Shown here: one piece after another, positions 15,563 through 28,928 of the stretch
Position numbering within the stretch: position 1 is the stretch's first letter
Layout of the letters: each line of letters begins with the position of its first letter
Assembly: GCA_964016885.1 (NCBI GenBank)
Contig: OZ024741.1
Coordinates: 404,488,001-404,552,000 of the forward strand
Reading direction: 5' to 3'
From: Eledone cirrhosa
Lineage: Eukaryota
Length of the DNA: 64,000 bases
Position numbers and translations under genes: made by a program
Notes under the pieces: generated by a model
Database searches by the model: none
Told to the model about the DNA's origin: nothing
What the model saw: the letters and a program-made list of their open reading frames with translations, nothing else

Positions 15563-16509
15563 ACAAAATGCTATGAGCAACTACGTAGACATGTCTACAA
15601 ATATAGCAGCTTCCTTTACAAAGACTGATTATTGCTGTTCTTTAGTCAGAACATTTTCCTAATTCGGTAGACATTTAAGGAAAGTCATATTAGACTTGGT
15701 ATCCAGTCATTTATTTAGACATAATATATCGAGGGCTGAATTATGTGATTTAACCGTTTCATTTAATGACAATAAGGTGGGATTTAAAGAAGTTTTGTTT
15801 AACACTGTTCCTTGCAGACGAATCACGCACATAAAGTCTCCTTCATTGGCTTATGTGAATGTAAATAAGACCTAAGAAATAATAATTAATGCGTTAGACA
15901 TAAGTAAAATAGTCATTCTAGACAGGTATCGATAGTGTTGAATTTGAGGTTTATATATAGTCGATTAGATCAACCCCAGTTTTTGAGTCGATTAGATCAA
16001 CGTCAGTCTTTGAACTGAAAATAACTTTAGATATTTCCAAAATGGAAGCCAAATTCTACTTCGGCAGAATTTGAACTGAGAATGTAATGCTAAAATTAAT
16101 ATATTAAATGGTGAATCAGTCATCTAAAGCCCTTTCAGCTCATACAGTTGGAACTGTGCCTAAAATCAAGTAAACAAAATTGGATTCCTGCGAGAAAATT
16201 GCACTTGAAACAAAGTTGTCTTGCAATGACATCTTTCTTAGATGTTTTGTTGCCAAAGCTAATATGCTTCATTCAGGAGAAGCTACAGTCAAACAAATTC
16301 ATTCTTTCATTTGCTCAATAAAATGAGACATACTTATTGTAAAATTGGTTTATTTGTTCTCTTTAATAACAATAAAATATCGACATTCCTTTTAAATCAA
16401 AACTTTGCTGATATGTGTATTATACATTCAAATTTTCTTTTCTTACTTTCCTTAAACCAGGCTGCGGCAGAAAGTCTAAGATTGAAAGTACAGATAATAT
16501 AATCAATAA

Positions 16510-16668
16510 GGCGGCGAATTGGCAGAGTCGTTAAAACGTCAGATAGAATGCTTTGTGGTATTCGTTTTGGCTTTTTGCTCTCTGAGTTCAAATCCCAACG
16601 GCGTCAACTTTGCCTTTCATCCATTCGAGATTGATAAAAAAGTACCAATCTAGTACTGGAGTCGATTC
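16510..16668 (+). mobile_element. SINE S1
   Basis: A/B boxes and S1 body. Further S1 copies at about 18447-18627, 27135-27523, 31256-31434, 31528-31690(-), 43608-43791, 54811-54995(-), 56056-56262 and 58930-59480. Confidence 0.85.
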
Positions 16669-18239
16669 TTCCTCTATATCTATTTCTCACTTCAATTCTC
16701 TCACTCTATTCTTCTCTGGAGGATATCTGCTGTATGCAGACCTGGAGAGGAGATGGGCTCTGCCAGTTTTAAAAAATGCATTTGAAACACATTTGGTCAT
16801 TCCCTGAGAGTATCTTGGTCGGCCGATGAACTCTTCAGACTATCAACTTTTCAACCCACCCTCTTACGTAAATCTCTTTACTCTAACTCCTGGCCATTCT
16901 ATTGAACAAACTCCCTACGTTGCAGCTTAGTAAACTCTTTATATATTATTTAATTTGTTTCTAGTCCCGTAGGGTGAATGAGCGTGGCTTTTTGGTTCGC
17001 TTATTCGGCTTACAATCGTGAGACACTTTATTTCACATTGCTCCAGTCAACTCAGTTCGAATGGTCTACCTTGTCACATTCTGTGTCACGCTGAATCTCC
17101 CTGAGAACAACGTTAAGGATATGAGTGTCTGTTTAATGCTCAGCCATTTGCATGTTTATTTTACGAGCAGGCTGTTCCGTTGATCGGATCTACTGGAATA
17201 CTTGTCGTCGTAAGCGACGGAGTGCCTCAGTCCTATACATCAAGAGGGGTGTACCTGAAAGAATTGAATACGAAGACCTATCTCAAGTTCTGGTTGAATA
17301 CAGTTTACTTTCCTTACAATATGGCCGCGCTGTTGCAAGGGCATGAAAGACGGCAATTTCTCAACTAAAAGTAATTCAACAATTTATTCTGTTTTACGAC
17401 TTTATGTATTTCACCCTTTCTGCTAAATATTTAATCAATAATATTTTGAAATCAATTGCTATGTGATATGTTTATACAGCATATAGCACCTATGATTTGC
17501 CAAGTATTAAATACGAAAAAAAAATCTGCTTTGTCTGTAAGTATTTCGTTTTACAAAACATTGACTTTTACATGACAACTGTATATTAAGATATTCAAAT
17601 TTCACTGTGATATCGAATTACGTCCTTTCACTACAAAGAGGCAAGAATAATTTTTTCTCCGTTCACATAGAAATTAAGATCTAATTTGGCAATATTTATT
17701 CCTTAGCGAGAATATGGTACACATGCTAAATCAAGCAATGATTAAAGTGCATAATACTCTAAAGATGACTTTTAGCTAAATTCACCGAGAACCAATAGAA
17801 TATAGTTATAAGAATTGAGATCACACGTTGAGTTAATCAGCCAAAAAGTCAACAGCTCACATCAAATGCCACTCTGTCTATTGAACTGTTAGAAAGAAAG
17901 AAGAAAAATAACATAAACAAATAAAGAAATAATTGAACATATTTCAATGGAAACGCCGTGAAACACAATTTGATTTCTCCATTAAAACTCTTAGCTTCTA
18001 TTCATTAATTCATCGCTTTAGTTCTCTGTTTGACGAATGCCGCCACCAATCTATCTACAACACAATCTCACATCTGTATCAGCGTGCCAAATGATCAATG
18101 TCTAGAGCACTATATAAATTTATTATATGAAGGGTGTAGAAAATAGTTTTAGAGTGATTACCTGTATTTCTGCTGTCGCAGAATACTTATAGGGAGGAAC
18201 AAAGAAATTTATAAAATCAATTTAAATTTGTTATAAACA

Positions 18240-18445
18240 TGAGCAGCCTATCTGTGGAAGGAGACCCGTGAGGCAGGTGTTGCTGGCCATTATCCTCCGA
18301 AATACCTTCGCAATTTTGTCCGCGAGTGGCTGTCGAAACACCGCTCCAACCTAGGCATACAACCGATCACCCTCTCCCATTTTTTCTCCCTTTCTTCCGT
18401 GACCTAATAGTCCTTGCTTTTGCGACCATTTTCCTCTCATTCATG
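18240..18445 (+). mobile_element. Degenerate CRE-clade LINE 3' end
   Basis: VLLAIILRNTFAILSA resembles SLAVLRGNAFSILSA at 44.85 kb. Confidence 0.45.
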
Positions 18446-19178
18446 GCATTGGCAGAATCGGTAGAGGGTTGGACTTCCTGCTTCCTAGTATAGTTACGTC
18501 CCTTTACGGTCTGAGTTCAAATCCCGTCGAGGTTAACTTTGCCTTTCAACCTTACCGGATCGATAAAATAAAGTACCAGTAATGTACTGGGTAATTGCTG
18601 GCCTTGTGCCAAAAGTAGAAACAATTTAAAGTCCTTTCCTTTACCGTCCCATACAGTCAGATCTGCCCTTCTGTACCCCACTCCCCTCTGTTTGTTGCTT
18701 AGTTTTGTTTTGTATCCTTTCTTTCCGTCAATATTTGTAATTTTATTTATACTGTGATTTATTGTCTGTAATTTTATTTTCTTACATGGAATAGATGGTT
18801 GTTCCTAAAACAAGAATTATATTCTGGTGACATCTAAAACAGAAACGGTAAGTCGCCTGATACGTCAATCATGGCTGAAAGGTAAAGAATACATCTCATC
18901 CAATAAATAGGCGACACGTGGCGACAATGACGGTGGGTGGGGGTTGCTATATATAAGAAGGAAAATTAAATGGACTAAAAGGGTTCATTCCAACGAGGAT
19001 GTTAATAAAAGCAAAATGCAAACACACACATATGCACACACACGTGCACACACACGAGCACGTGCACTCAAATATGCAGGCACATGCACGCACACACACA
19101 CACACATATATATATATTCCTTATTAGTGGAGGAGAGTGTGACGCTTTGGACGGAATTCCTCCGTCATGTATATATAT

Positions 19179-19267
<89 letters not shown>

Positions 19268-19269
<2 letters not shown>

Positions 19270-20053
19270 GAAGTTCTATTTAAATTGTTGGGATACAACA
19301 AGCAAATATTTTTATAACTGATATAAAGCACTCAACAAATTATTGGAGTAAAAATACGATATATTAACAAATAGAAACTATAATATATAGATTTTAATAA
19401 TATATAGATCTCAATTTTAATTTTAAAGATCTCAATAATTTAATTGATAATTTAATTGATAAACTAAACATTTAATCATATTTAAACATTGGATAAAATT
19501 CTCCAGTTATTATTTATTTATTTTCTATTCACTCTTATTTACTCTTCCTAACTCATCCAATAAATATTTATTTTTTCACTTCATCTTCAAATTTACGCTA
19601 ATACAACAACCTATCACTTAGGGCTTTCTCTTTCTCTCTCTCTCTTTCTCTTTCTCTTTTTCTTTCTTCTTCTCTTTCTCTTTCTCTTTCTCTTGTTTTC
19701 TTATTTTCCTCTTAGAGTTTACTCATTTTGCTCTTTTCTCTTTTTTCCCTTTTTCTTTTCTTTTCTTTCCCTTTTTTCCATACTCCAACGGCTTATTTTA
19801 AATCTACTGTGATTTAAACATATCCGACACTAATTTGCATAATAGACTAAATAAATTTAATAACCCCACTATCCAGGAGCTTCCAACAGAAATGGTCGCA
19901 TTCTTTAAGGGTATGCCAATATTTATTTATAAAACTGATCTATATTATATTTCATCTGATGAAAGCGCACCATAATTTGACTTGGTGTCCTTGTAATATG
20001 TATAATGAAATAAATATGGTTTTATAAATATAGTTTCCATTTGTTAATATATC

Positions 20054-20057
<4 letters not shown>
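19268..20057. mobile_element. Family A fold-back element (HHR at ~19948-20012, GAAA mutated to GTAA)
   Basis: 19268-19382 is the reverse complement of 4212-4320. 19890-20057 matches 4075-4236. Confidence 0.8.
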
Positions 20058-20091
<34 letters not shown>

Positions 20092-20095
<4 letters not shown>

Positions 20096-21080
20096 ATGTA
20101 TATATAATGTATTTTGCAATACACTTTATGCTTAATTAAAAGCATTTTGAAGACCGTAAGCTATTGTTTTAAAGTAGTGACTAATTCATTCACTTTGATC
20201 TCAGCAAACAGGGGAGATAAGCCGACAAAACATGTTTCGCTTTTGTTGAAGCTTATCAAGGCCAACTACCCCGCATGTCTACTGAGACCAATGATGTTAT
20301 AATCTTATAGAAATCTAGTAAATAATCAGGAGCTGATTATGCAGAGCGGTTGTTGGTCAGGCAGAAATTAAAAATTAGAATTGGAGCTCTGAAATAGCAA
20401 TATATATATGGATGTATATATAATGTATTTTGTAATGACCAACAACCGCTCTGCATAATCAGCTCCTGATTATTTACTAGATTTCTATAAGAATATAACA
20501 TCATTAATCTCAGTAGACAGGCGGGGTAGTTGGCCTTGATAAGCTTCAACAAAAGCGAAACATCTCATGTCGGCTTATCTCCCTTATCTCGGCTTATCTC
20601 CCCTTATCTCCCCTGTTTGCTGAGATCAAAGTGAGTGAATTTGTCACTACTTTAAAACAATAGCTTACGGTCTTCAAAATGCTTTTACTTAAGCATAAAG
20701 TGTATTGCAAAATACATTATATATCCATCCATATATATATTGCTATTTCAGAGCTCCAATTCTAATTTTTAATTTCTGCCTGACCAACAACCGCTCTGCA
20801 TAATCAGCTCCTGATTATTTACTAGATTTCTATAAGAATATAATATCATTGATCTCAGTAGACAGGCGGGGTAGTTGGCCTTGATAAGCTTCAACAAAAG
20901 CGAAACATGTCATGTCGGCTTATCTCCCCTGTTTGCTGAGATCAAAGTGAGTGAATTTGTCACTACTTTAAAACAATAGCTTACGGTCTTCAAAATGCTT
21001 TTCCTTAAGCATAAAGTGTATTGCAAAATACATTATATATACATCCATATATATATTGCTATTTCAGAGCTCCAATTCTA
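20092..21080. mobile_element. Retrozyme-like tandem and inverted array of a ~318-nt HHR monomer (family J)
   Basis: One minus-strand monomer (20092-20433) then two plus-strand tandem monomers (20437-20780, 20781-21080), each with an HHR. No meaningful ORF. TA-flanked. Confidence 0.75.
20877..20920 (+). ncRNA. Minimal hammerhead with U3-A8 covariant core
   Basis: ggcc-TTGATAA-gctt-caacaa-aagc-GAAA-catg-t-cat-GTC-ggct. Also at 20532-20575(+) and 20220-20263(-). Confidence 0.75.
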
Positions 21081-21081
21081 A

Positions 21082-21117
<36 letters not shown>

Positions 21118-21254
21118 GATATATATATAATCTGAGTTTTTCGAATATTAATAACATTCGATTCGTTTGCAATTATGCAAACAAGCCTCAATTTTAAAGC
21201 CATGTCAGTAGAATGAACCCTCCATTCTTGCTCTTGCGTTGTCATGCGAACGGA

Positions 21255-21300
21255 ACTGCAGACACTAATGTTTCTGGATATCACCCTTCATCAGTACAGC
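21255..21300 (-). ncRNA. Minimal hammerhead in TA-flanked element 21130-21506 (family K)
   Basis: gctgta-CTGATGA-agggtgatatcca-GAAA-cattagt-GTC-tgcagt. Confidence 0.75.
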
Positions 21301-21503
21301 TCACTGTTCACCTGCCAACTGAGCTAGAGAAAATATATGCTATTTTCTAAAATATACAGTGACTGACTGGCCTGATTTGCATATTAGCAGACTGGCTGAT
21401 CAGTCAGATCTGCATATTAGCAGACTGACCAGTTAGTTTCCTGTATAAGAGCGATAAATGGCCGGCTTTGTATTTTCATACACAGCCGGCCATTTATCGC
21501 TCG

Positions 21504-21535
<32 letters not shown>

Positions 21536-21707
21536 TATTTATATACATATAACCTATTGTAATGTAATAATTAAAAAATACCTACAACCATAACTCCTCA
21601 TATAATCTAACTGATTATATATACAATATTATAACTCATAATATAGCTAAATAAATTTAAATTCTGGAATCATATTCCACCATTCCCCTAAATTAACGTA
21701 AATACAA

Positions 21708-22014
21708 GCTCTTCTTTTTTCTTTTTTCTTTTTCCTTTTTTCTTTTTTCTTTTTTCTTTTTTCTTTTTTCTTTTTTTCTTTTTTCTTTTTTCTTTTTTCT
21801 TTTTTCTGTTTTCTTTTTTCTTTTTTCTTTTTTTCTTTTTTCTTTTTTCTTTTTTCTTTTTTTCTTTTTTCTTTTTTCTTTTTTCTTTTTTCTCTTTTCT
21901 CTTTTCTTTTTTCTATTTTTCTATTTTTCTTTTTTCTTTTTTCTTTTTTTCTTTTTTCTTTTTTCTTTTTTCTTTTTTCTTTTTTCTTTTTTCCTTTTTC
22001 TTTTTTCTTTTTTC
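21708..22014. repeat. (CTTTTTT)n polypyrimidine tract
   Basis: Direct observation. Confidence 0.95.
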
Positions 22015-22205
22015 CTACGCATACATACACATATCCCAATTATTTTAATTCTTCATAGCGTCTAAAATAACAACCTCATTTGCATACTCATCTTAATAAT
22101 TTGAAATATCTGACTTTTCTTCTCTTATCCCTTCACTATCCAAGGAAAACTTGAACCGTTAAGGTATTTTTCTTGGTTATGTCAAAATTTATAAAACAAA
22201 CTTTG

Positions 22206-22266
22206 TATTTTATCTGATGAAAGCGTACCAAAGTTTTGGTACCCTTGAAATATATATAATATAATA
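22206..22266 (+). ncRNA. Minimal hammerhead, family A-related
   Basis: CTGATGA-aagcgtaccaa..ttggtaccctt-GAAA-tatata-TA. Stem II covaries with the copy at 4130. Confidence 0.75.
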
Positions 22267-22336
22267 AATATGGTTTTATAAATATAGTTTCCATTTATTT
22301 AATATCATTGAATATCATATATATGTATATATATAT

Positions 22337-22814
22337 TTCTTTAGGTTTGTTGGTTCACGACTAGATAGAATTGGTCATTCCGTATGGTCAATCTTGGTGT
22401 AATATTGTGGAGAGTACTCAACGTAGTGCAGTTCACCCGTCTTCGTTTGTGTAGTTGGGGGGTGCGAATACGGAGTTAATTATAAATAAAATAACATGGG
22501 GCTGGACTGGTGTAAATCCTTGAAAGGTTTATTATACTATGATCATTTCAATGACCGGATTCCGTATGAATCCAGTGATATCATCAGGTATTGGAATATA
22601 ACAAAGGAATATGTAAAAACCATGGGTCCGAAAAATCAGAGACGGAGAGGACGACTGACCAACTAGCTGCCTTCACCTCGGCCAGTCGCCCTCAAGGGTG
22701 TTATATTTCGAATACCTGATGATATCACCGGATTCATATAGAACCCGGTCATTGAAATGATCATGGTATAATAAACCTTTCAAGGATTTACACCAGTCCA
22801 GCGTCCTGTTATTG

Positions 22815-22820
<6 letters not shown>
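22337..22820 (-). mobile_element. Family L fold-back element with HHRs at 22534-22591(-) and 22712-22769(+)
   Basis: atac-CTGATGA-(stem II)-GAAA-tgatca-TA-gtat. 22482-22600 is inverted at 22703-22820. Confidence 0.8.
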
Positions 22821-22859
<39 letters not shown>

Positions 22860-22954
22860 ATGTATGTATGTATGTAGGGAGAGACCCAGGAAGAGTCGGA
22901 CGGCAGAAATATATATCTAACGATCTGTCTGTATATACGTATTTATGTGTATAT

Positions 22955-23563
22955 ATGTCAGGTCACCAGTTGGTGCTACTGGTAACATGTATTCCAGTAC
23001 AACCTGTCTCATGGTCGGGTCGTTGGCGACTAAACTGGCAACGCCACCAAGGTTTCTTGGTGAGGAGGGTGACTTTGACATCCTGCAGGACGAAAAACAA
23101 AACCTGTCAAAGGGAAAAGGAGCTCTTAAGAGTCAATGGTCATTCTAAATCACCGGGAGAGATGACCCCTTAGCCTTTGTCAAGGCAGAATTCTAGGAGA
23201 AGGAAAACTCTGATATAACACCTGCAACTCTGATGGTATCCAATGATGTTGAGATGTTCTTCTTTTTGGTAAATATCATCTTGGTTAAGAGAGTGGGACT
23301 GGGTTTGTGCAGTGCCCTTGCTCACTATAAAAGCTTCACGGCACAGGCATTGCTTTATATCTGGAGATCTCTCTACACTTGTCGTCATATGGTAACATGA
23401 GCCCAGCACTGTGTCAATAATTGTCACAAGTGTAGTGTTTGTACCAGAGTTTTCAAGTCGCTGGCTGGACTAAAAAGTCAAACTCGTTCAGCGCATCGGT
23501 AGGGGTTCTCCTACATGGATATAAAGTAGTCGCCGTACTCGAAAACGAGTTGGCAGCCACCAT
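22955..23563 (+). mobile_element. Probable internally deleted RTE-type LINE (5' UTR plus 3' C2H2 finger)
   Basis: UTR-like motif tctaggagaaggaaaactctga. The 3' end reads HKCSVCTRVFKSLAGLKS.TRSAHR* followed by a short UTR. Confidence 0.5.
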
Positions 23564-23614
23564 GTGTATATATATGTCGAGACATACTTATTCTTATATA
23601 TGATAATATATATA

Positions 23615-24238
23615 TATTGATGTGTATGTGTGGGTATGTGGTGTGTGTATGTGTGTATGTGTATGTATGTGTGTGTATGTGTATGTGTGTGTGTATGTGT
23701 ATATGTGTATGTGTGTATATGTATGTGTATATTTTCTCTGTATGTGTGTGTATGTGTATGTGTATGTGCGTATATGTGTGTATGTGTGTGTATGTGTATA
23801 TGTTGTGCGTGTATGTGTGTGTATTTGTGTGTATGTGTGTTTATGTGCATGTATGTGTATGTGTGTATGGGTATGTGTGTGTATGTGTGTATGGGTATGT
23901 GCATGTATGTTTATATGTGTCATGTGTGTATGTGTATGTGTGTATGTCTGTGTATGTGTGTATGTGTATGTATGTGTATGTGCGTATGTATGTGTGTATA
24001 TGTGTATAGTTATGTGTGTATGTGTGTATGTATGTGTATGTGGATGTATGTGTGTATGTGTATGTGTATGTATGTGTGTGTGTATATGTGTATGTAAGTG
24101 TATGTGTGTGTGTATATATGTGTATGTGTGTATGTGTATGTGTGTGTGTATATATATATATATATGTGTATGTGTGTGTATATGTGTATGTATGTGTATA
24201 TACATGTGTATGTGTGTATGTGTGTATATATATATATA
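23615..24238. repeat. (TG/TATG)n compound microsatellite
   Basis: Direct observation. Confidence 0.95.
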
Positions 24239-24455
24239 TTCTAAGCGATCGACTTTCGTCAAATCGGACCGTGGAAACAATGTTTCCGTTGGTCTTTCCA
24301 ATTGCTAATACTATCTATCGGTCGCAACTCCAGGTAGAAGGAGCAAGGTGAAATAAAGTGTCTTGCTCAAGGACATAACGCATCGCCTGGTCCAGGAATC
24401 GAACTCACAACCTCACAATTGCGAAGCCAATTCTCTAACCGCTCAGCCACACTCC

Positions 24456-24489
<34 letters not shown>

Positions 24490-24689
24490 TGTGTATGTAT
24501 GTGTGTGTATATATATGTATATGTGTGTGTGTGTGTGTGTGTATTGCTGCAGTACAACACCAGATAATGGATGCTGTCGTCGCAGTGCTTACGTAGCTTC
24601 AAATATTACGTTAGAATCAATAATTGCATTACAAGTATTACATGAAATCACCAGCAATACTAACAGGAGTGATATTGACAACCTACCAG

Positions 24690-24945
24690 GGGGGGACTTG
24701 ATATAAACTGGGGGGGGGGGGGTTAGACGAAGGAAGGAGCTCGGAATGTCCGGGGCGACTTGGAATAAACGGGGGGACTCGGAATAACCGGGGGGAGGGC
24801 GCTTGGAATAACCGTGGGGAGTCGAAATAAACGGGGGGTGATTCGGAATAACCAGTGGGTGACTCGGAATAACCGAGGGGTGGAATAAGAGCGGGGGGTT
24901 AGAAAAATTCTGAGAAATTACTAAGTGTGTGGAGGATTATTCGTG
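24690..24945. repeat. G-rich ~21-bp tandem repeat (ggaataaccggggg.gactc)
   Basis: About 8 degenerate units. Resembles subterminal repeats of a DNA transposon. Confidence 0.65.
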
Positions 24946-25094
24946 ACCTGACCCATACTAACTTCATACTACTTTATCATATTCTCTATTATAATCTTGC
25001 CTCGTTTCGCCAACGTTACCTTTGGTTATTTATTGTTTGTTAAATAAATTATCTCTCAAATTCTGAGATAGATTTAATCAACTGGAACCATACA

Positions 25095-25345
25095 ACTTCT
25101 TGTGACGCTAAACTCCGCCAGTTGCAGACTACGCATTAACAGGTGATATCTCTCTCCACAAAGTTCGATCACTAACAGCAGAGTTCAAAGAGCAAAGATC
25201 AAGTCCAGTCCATAAGTTGACATTATCAAATCATCGTTTTGGCTGCCTGCCTCTGCTTCTCCTACCAGCCAACCTTCCTTCCAGGCATAACCTACTCACA
25301 CCACGAGTTGATATTTTTATGTAGCCGTATAGTTCTCTTGACTTG
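25095..25345 (-). mobile_element. RTE LINE 3' remnant
   Basis: LCLEGRLAGRRSRGRQPKR*FDNVNLWTGL..DRTLWR. Confidence 0.75.
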
Positions 25346-25429
25346 ATAATCTAAACTATAATAAAGGAATGTCTGCAGGACTGCGTACGGTCTATTTTTT
25401 TTTTATCCCGTTCGTAAAATAAGTTGGAT

Positions 25430-25928
25430 TACTTTGAATAAATAATTGTTTCTACTTTAGGCACAAGGCCAGCAATTACCCAGTGCATTACTGGTACTTT
25501 ATTTTATCGACCCCGCAAGGAGGAAAGGCAAAGTCAACCTCGGCGGGATTTGAACTCAGATCGTAAAGGGACGTAACTATGCTGGAAAGCATGGCGTCTG
25601 ACCCTCTACCGATACTACCAATCCACAGCCCTTACTTTGAATAAATAATTGTTTCTACTTTAGGCACAAGGCCAGCAATTACCCAGTGCATTACTGGTAC
25701 TTTACTTTATCGACCCCGCAAGGATGAAAAGCAAAGTCAACCTCGGCGGGATTTGAACTCAGATCGTAAAGGGACGTAACTATGCTGGAAAGCATGGCTT
25801 CTGACCCTCTACCGATACTACCAATCCACAGCCCTTACTTTGAATAAATAATTGTTTCTACTTTAGGCACAAGGCCAGCAATTACCCAGTGCATTACTGG
25901 TACTTTATTTTATCGACCCCGTAAGGAA
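25430..25928 (-). repeat. Tandem array of SINE S1 (203-bp period, ~2.5 copies)
   Basis: Units start at 25430, 25633 and 25836 and are nearly identical. Confidence 0.95.
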
Positions 25929-26164
25929 GAATGAATATTACATAATTTATCTACTAAATTTCGTAAACAAAAATAATTTCGTAAAAATAAATAATTTAAA
26001 ATTGACTTATTTTCAAAGTTGCACTTCGGGTATAGCATTGCCACCACCACCACCACTTCAACTACCATATAAAAAGAAAGAGAGAGTGTGTGATGTCAAC
26101 ACTTCCGGTGGCGATCACTTAAATAAACATACTAATTGTCTGTCACTAATATTCTCTTAATGCA

Positions 26165-26377
26165 GTTTATATATAATATCGTCTTTTTTAATGTATCATG
26201 GAATACGTTACTGATTACTTAAGACAGTGTAACGTCTTCCTTCAATTTCTGTGTATTTTGTCAATTACGATGTTATTTGATGTATCATAACTATATGTAT
26301 ATATACTTGCGTATAATATCAATATACACGATAGACATGACAGCAGAAAACCACCCGAAGGGTGGTTTTTCTGCTAG
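26165..26377 (+). mobile_element. Helitron-like 3' end (second family)
   Basis: Hairpin agaaaaccacc-cgaag-ggtggtttttct then gCTAG|t. Second copy at 44106-44318(-). Confidence 0.65.
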
Positions 26378-28479
26378 TTGAAGTAATTGGTCTAAGTTTG
26401 GTAATGTTGAGCAGCTCACTGATACAGATACAATACCAATAAAGAAGCCTAAATTCTGTCTCTTGAACCAGGAGGCTCATCAGGCAGGTGCTTATCCTTG
26501 TTACTCTGGCGTAAAGTGACTGAGAGTACAAGACTCCCTGCCCCTGGACAGGATCCCAGTCCATCCTTGGGTTAGTCTTTCTCGAACGTGGAGGCTCATT
26601 AAGCTGGTATTTATCCTAGTCCCCCTCCCTCGTGGCGTTAAGTGGCTGAGAGTCAATATTCCCCCCTGGACAGGACACCAGTCCATCACAGACTTAAAAC
26701 CCCAGGTACTGTTGGTTTTCATTTTCAGCTGACTATACTGGAGCAACGTGAAATGAAGTATTTCGCTCAAGAACACAACAGACAACCCAGTTCGGGAATC
26801 GAGCCCACGGCATTATGATAGTAAAACCAATACACTTACCACTAGGCCACGCGCCTCTACAACCCTACCACTCTACCACACAAATTTTAATCACGGTGTG
26901 GATGTTAAATATCCTCATCATCATCGTCGTCATCATCATCAACGTCATCATCTTCAATTCTACTATTATAATTTGTATTAGTGGTGATGGAGTTTAAATC
27001 CTGCCCAACTCACCAATGCCTGCCACTGCTCTTGATAAATGAAGTATTAGTCAAGTAGTAGAATAGATTTAATCAACTTTACTTTTTCCTTCAAATTACT
27101 GGCCTTGTAGCAGAAATAGAAACAATTATTATAAGGCTTTGCGGTATATAGTTACGCTCCTTTAAGTTCTGAGTTCAAATCCCGCTGGGGTTGCCTTTGC
27201 CTTTCATCCTTACGGAGTCGATAAAATAAAGTACCAGTCATGCACTGGGGTCGATTTAATTGACTTTCCCCTTCCTCACAATTACTGACCTTGTGCCTGA
27301 ATCCAAACTATTACTATTATTATTATTAATAGGGCGGTGGAATGGCAATATCGGTAGAGGGTCGGATGCCATGCTTTGACGCATAGAGTTACGGCCCATG
27401 CCATTCTGAGTTCAAATCCCACCGAGGTTAACTTTGCCTTTCATCCTTACGAGGTCGATAAAATATAGTACCAGTAATGTACTGGTTAATTGCTGGCCTT
27501 GTCCAGAAGTAGAAACAATTATTATTGTTGTTGATATCGTAACCGGTTTGATTAGACATTCTGCCGGACAACAACTCGTGATCTGGGACGAAAAGCATTC
27601 TTGTCCTTTTATTACGGTCCTTCTTGTCCTTTTATTACGGTCCTTATTTAGATATTGATCCTAACTAATTTTACTTTATACCGAGGCCTTTCCTCATAGT
27701 ATTTGCTGATCCAAGTAAAAAGTTTATTGCAGTGTACCAACACCAATATTAACATCCAACTTACCAATCTTTATTTTCAAATTCTTCAGCACATTTTCAT
27801 TATAATTGTCAGGATCATGGCCTTGTCAGCTTCTCTATTTCAATATTTGAAGATTTTTATACTTCAAGTCGATATAATATTCTACTTTTTCTCCACTTTG
27901 GTATTGAATCGACAAGCCACATTAACGACCAGACACTTTCGTCTTTTGAACGACGCCGATAACTCGCTTCTTGGACACTTTTAACCGTTTCTATAGAAAA
28001 GTCATATTTATCCTGGCTTTTTTTTTCTTCTGTGGAGGCGTATGGCCTAGTGGCAACAGTGTTGGACTTACGATCATAATGTCTGGGTTCAATTCTTGGA
28101 CTGGATTATGTGTTGCTCCAGTATACTCAACTGAAAACGAGAACCAGCAATAGCTAAGGGTTTAACCCTGCGATGGACTGGCTTCAAGTCACGAAACATG
28201 GATTAAACACCGGCCTAACTATCCTCTTGGTTTTGAGGCAGACTTTAGTGTTAGAGAAGCTTTACCTTCTGATTTCAAATCCTACCAGTGACAATTATGC
28301 ATTTCATCATTCCTAGTTCGATACAATTAAATACAAACCTAGTTCTGGTATAGAAACACTCGGCATATTGCTTCATTTGAATTGCCGGCCTTGTGCCTGA
28401 ATTAGAAACTCTTATTGTTGGTGTTAGGGGCCGAATTGGCAGAGTCATTGAAGCGTCAGATATAATACTTTGTGGTATT

Positions 28480-28928
28480 TGTAGTGACCTACAATCCGCG
28501 GGCTCACATACATTCTCTGTGCGTGATTTGGCTCAGCTCAGCCAATCAGCGCCAGGAGAAGAGGATGTATCCCTGCGCGTCCTGAGGGAGAAATAGCCCG
28601 CGAAGATTTGAGGAATCTCACGCTTGCAGCTCGACCATGCTAAGGTAAACACCACTTGTTCTTTTGCTCCGTAAACACAAACAATATGTAACGACAAAAC
28701 TTTACTACGGGCCTGGCCAAACGCCTCAGCCAGTCGACCGTATTTTCTCTTGTAATCTTAATTGAATTATTTCATTTCTCTTGGCATGCCAGCCTAATTC
28801 ACTTCTTAACCTTTGTTAATAAATAATGTAAAACATGCTAAAGTCGTTGTCCATATTCCTATCATATCTTTCTACCAAAGGTGGTTCCTCGTGGCAACAT
28901 TACAACTTCCAAATACATTTCTGCTAAA
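28480..28928 (+). mobile_element. Solo LTR inserted in a SINE S1
   Basis: TGTAG...CTAaA ends with a 4-bp TSD tatt. Contains CCAAT and AATAAA. The SINE halves 28427-28479 and 28929-29037 rejoin. Confidence 0.7.

Noticed and set aside
16510-16620. tRNA genes suggested by A/B boxes
   Set aside because: The boxes lie in multi-copy SINE heads with no complete cloverleaf.
21647-22039. Lys-rich 130-aa ORF
   Set aside because: It is a (CTTTTTT)n simple repeat.
23488-24351. Long HT/CV/YI-rich ORFs here and throughout the window
   Set aside because: They are translations of (TA)n and (TG)n microsatellites.
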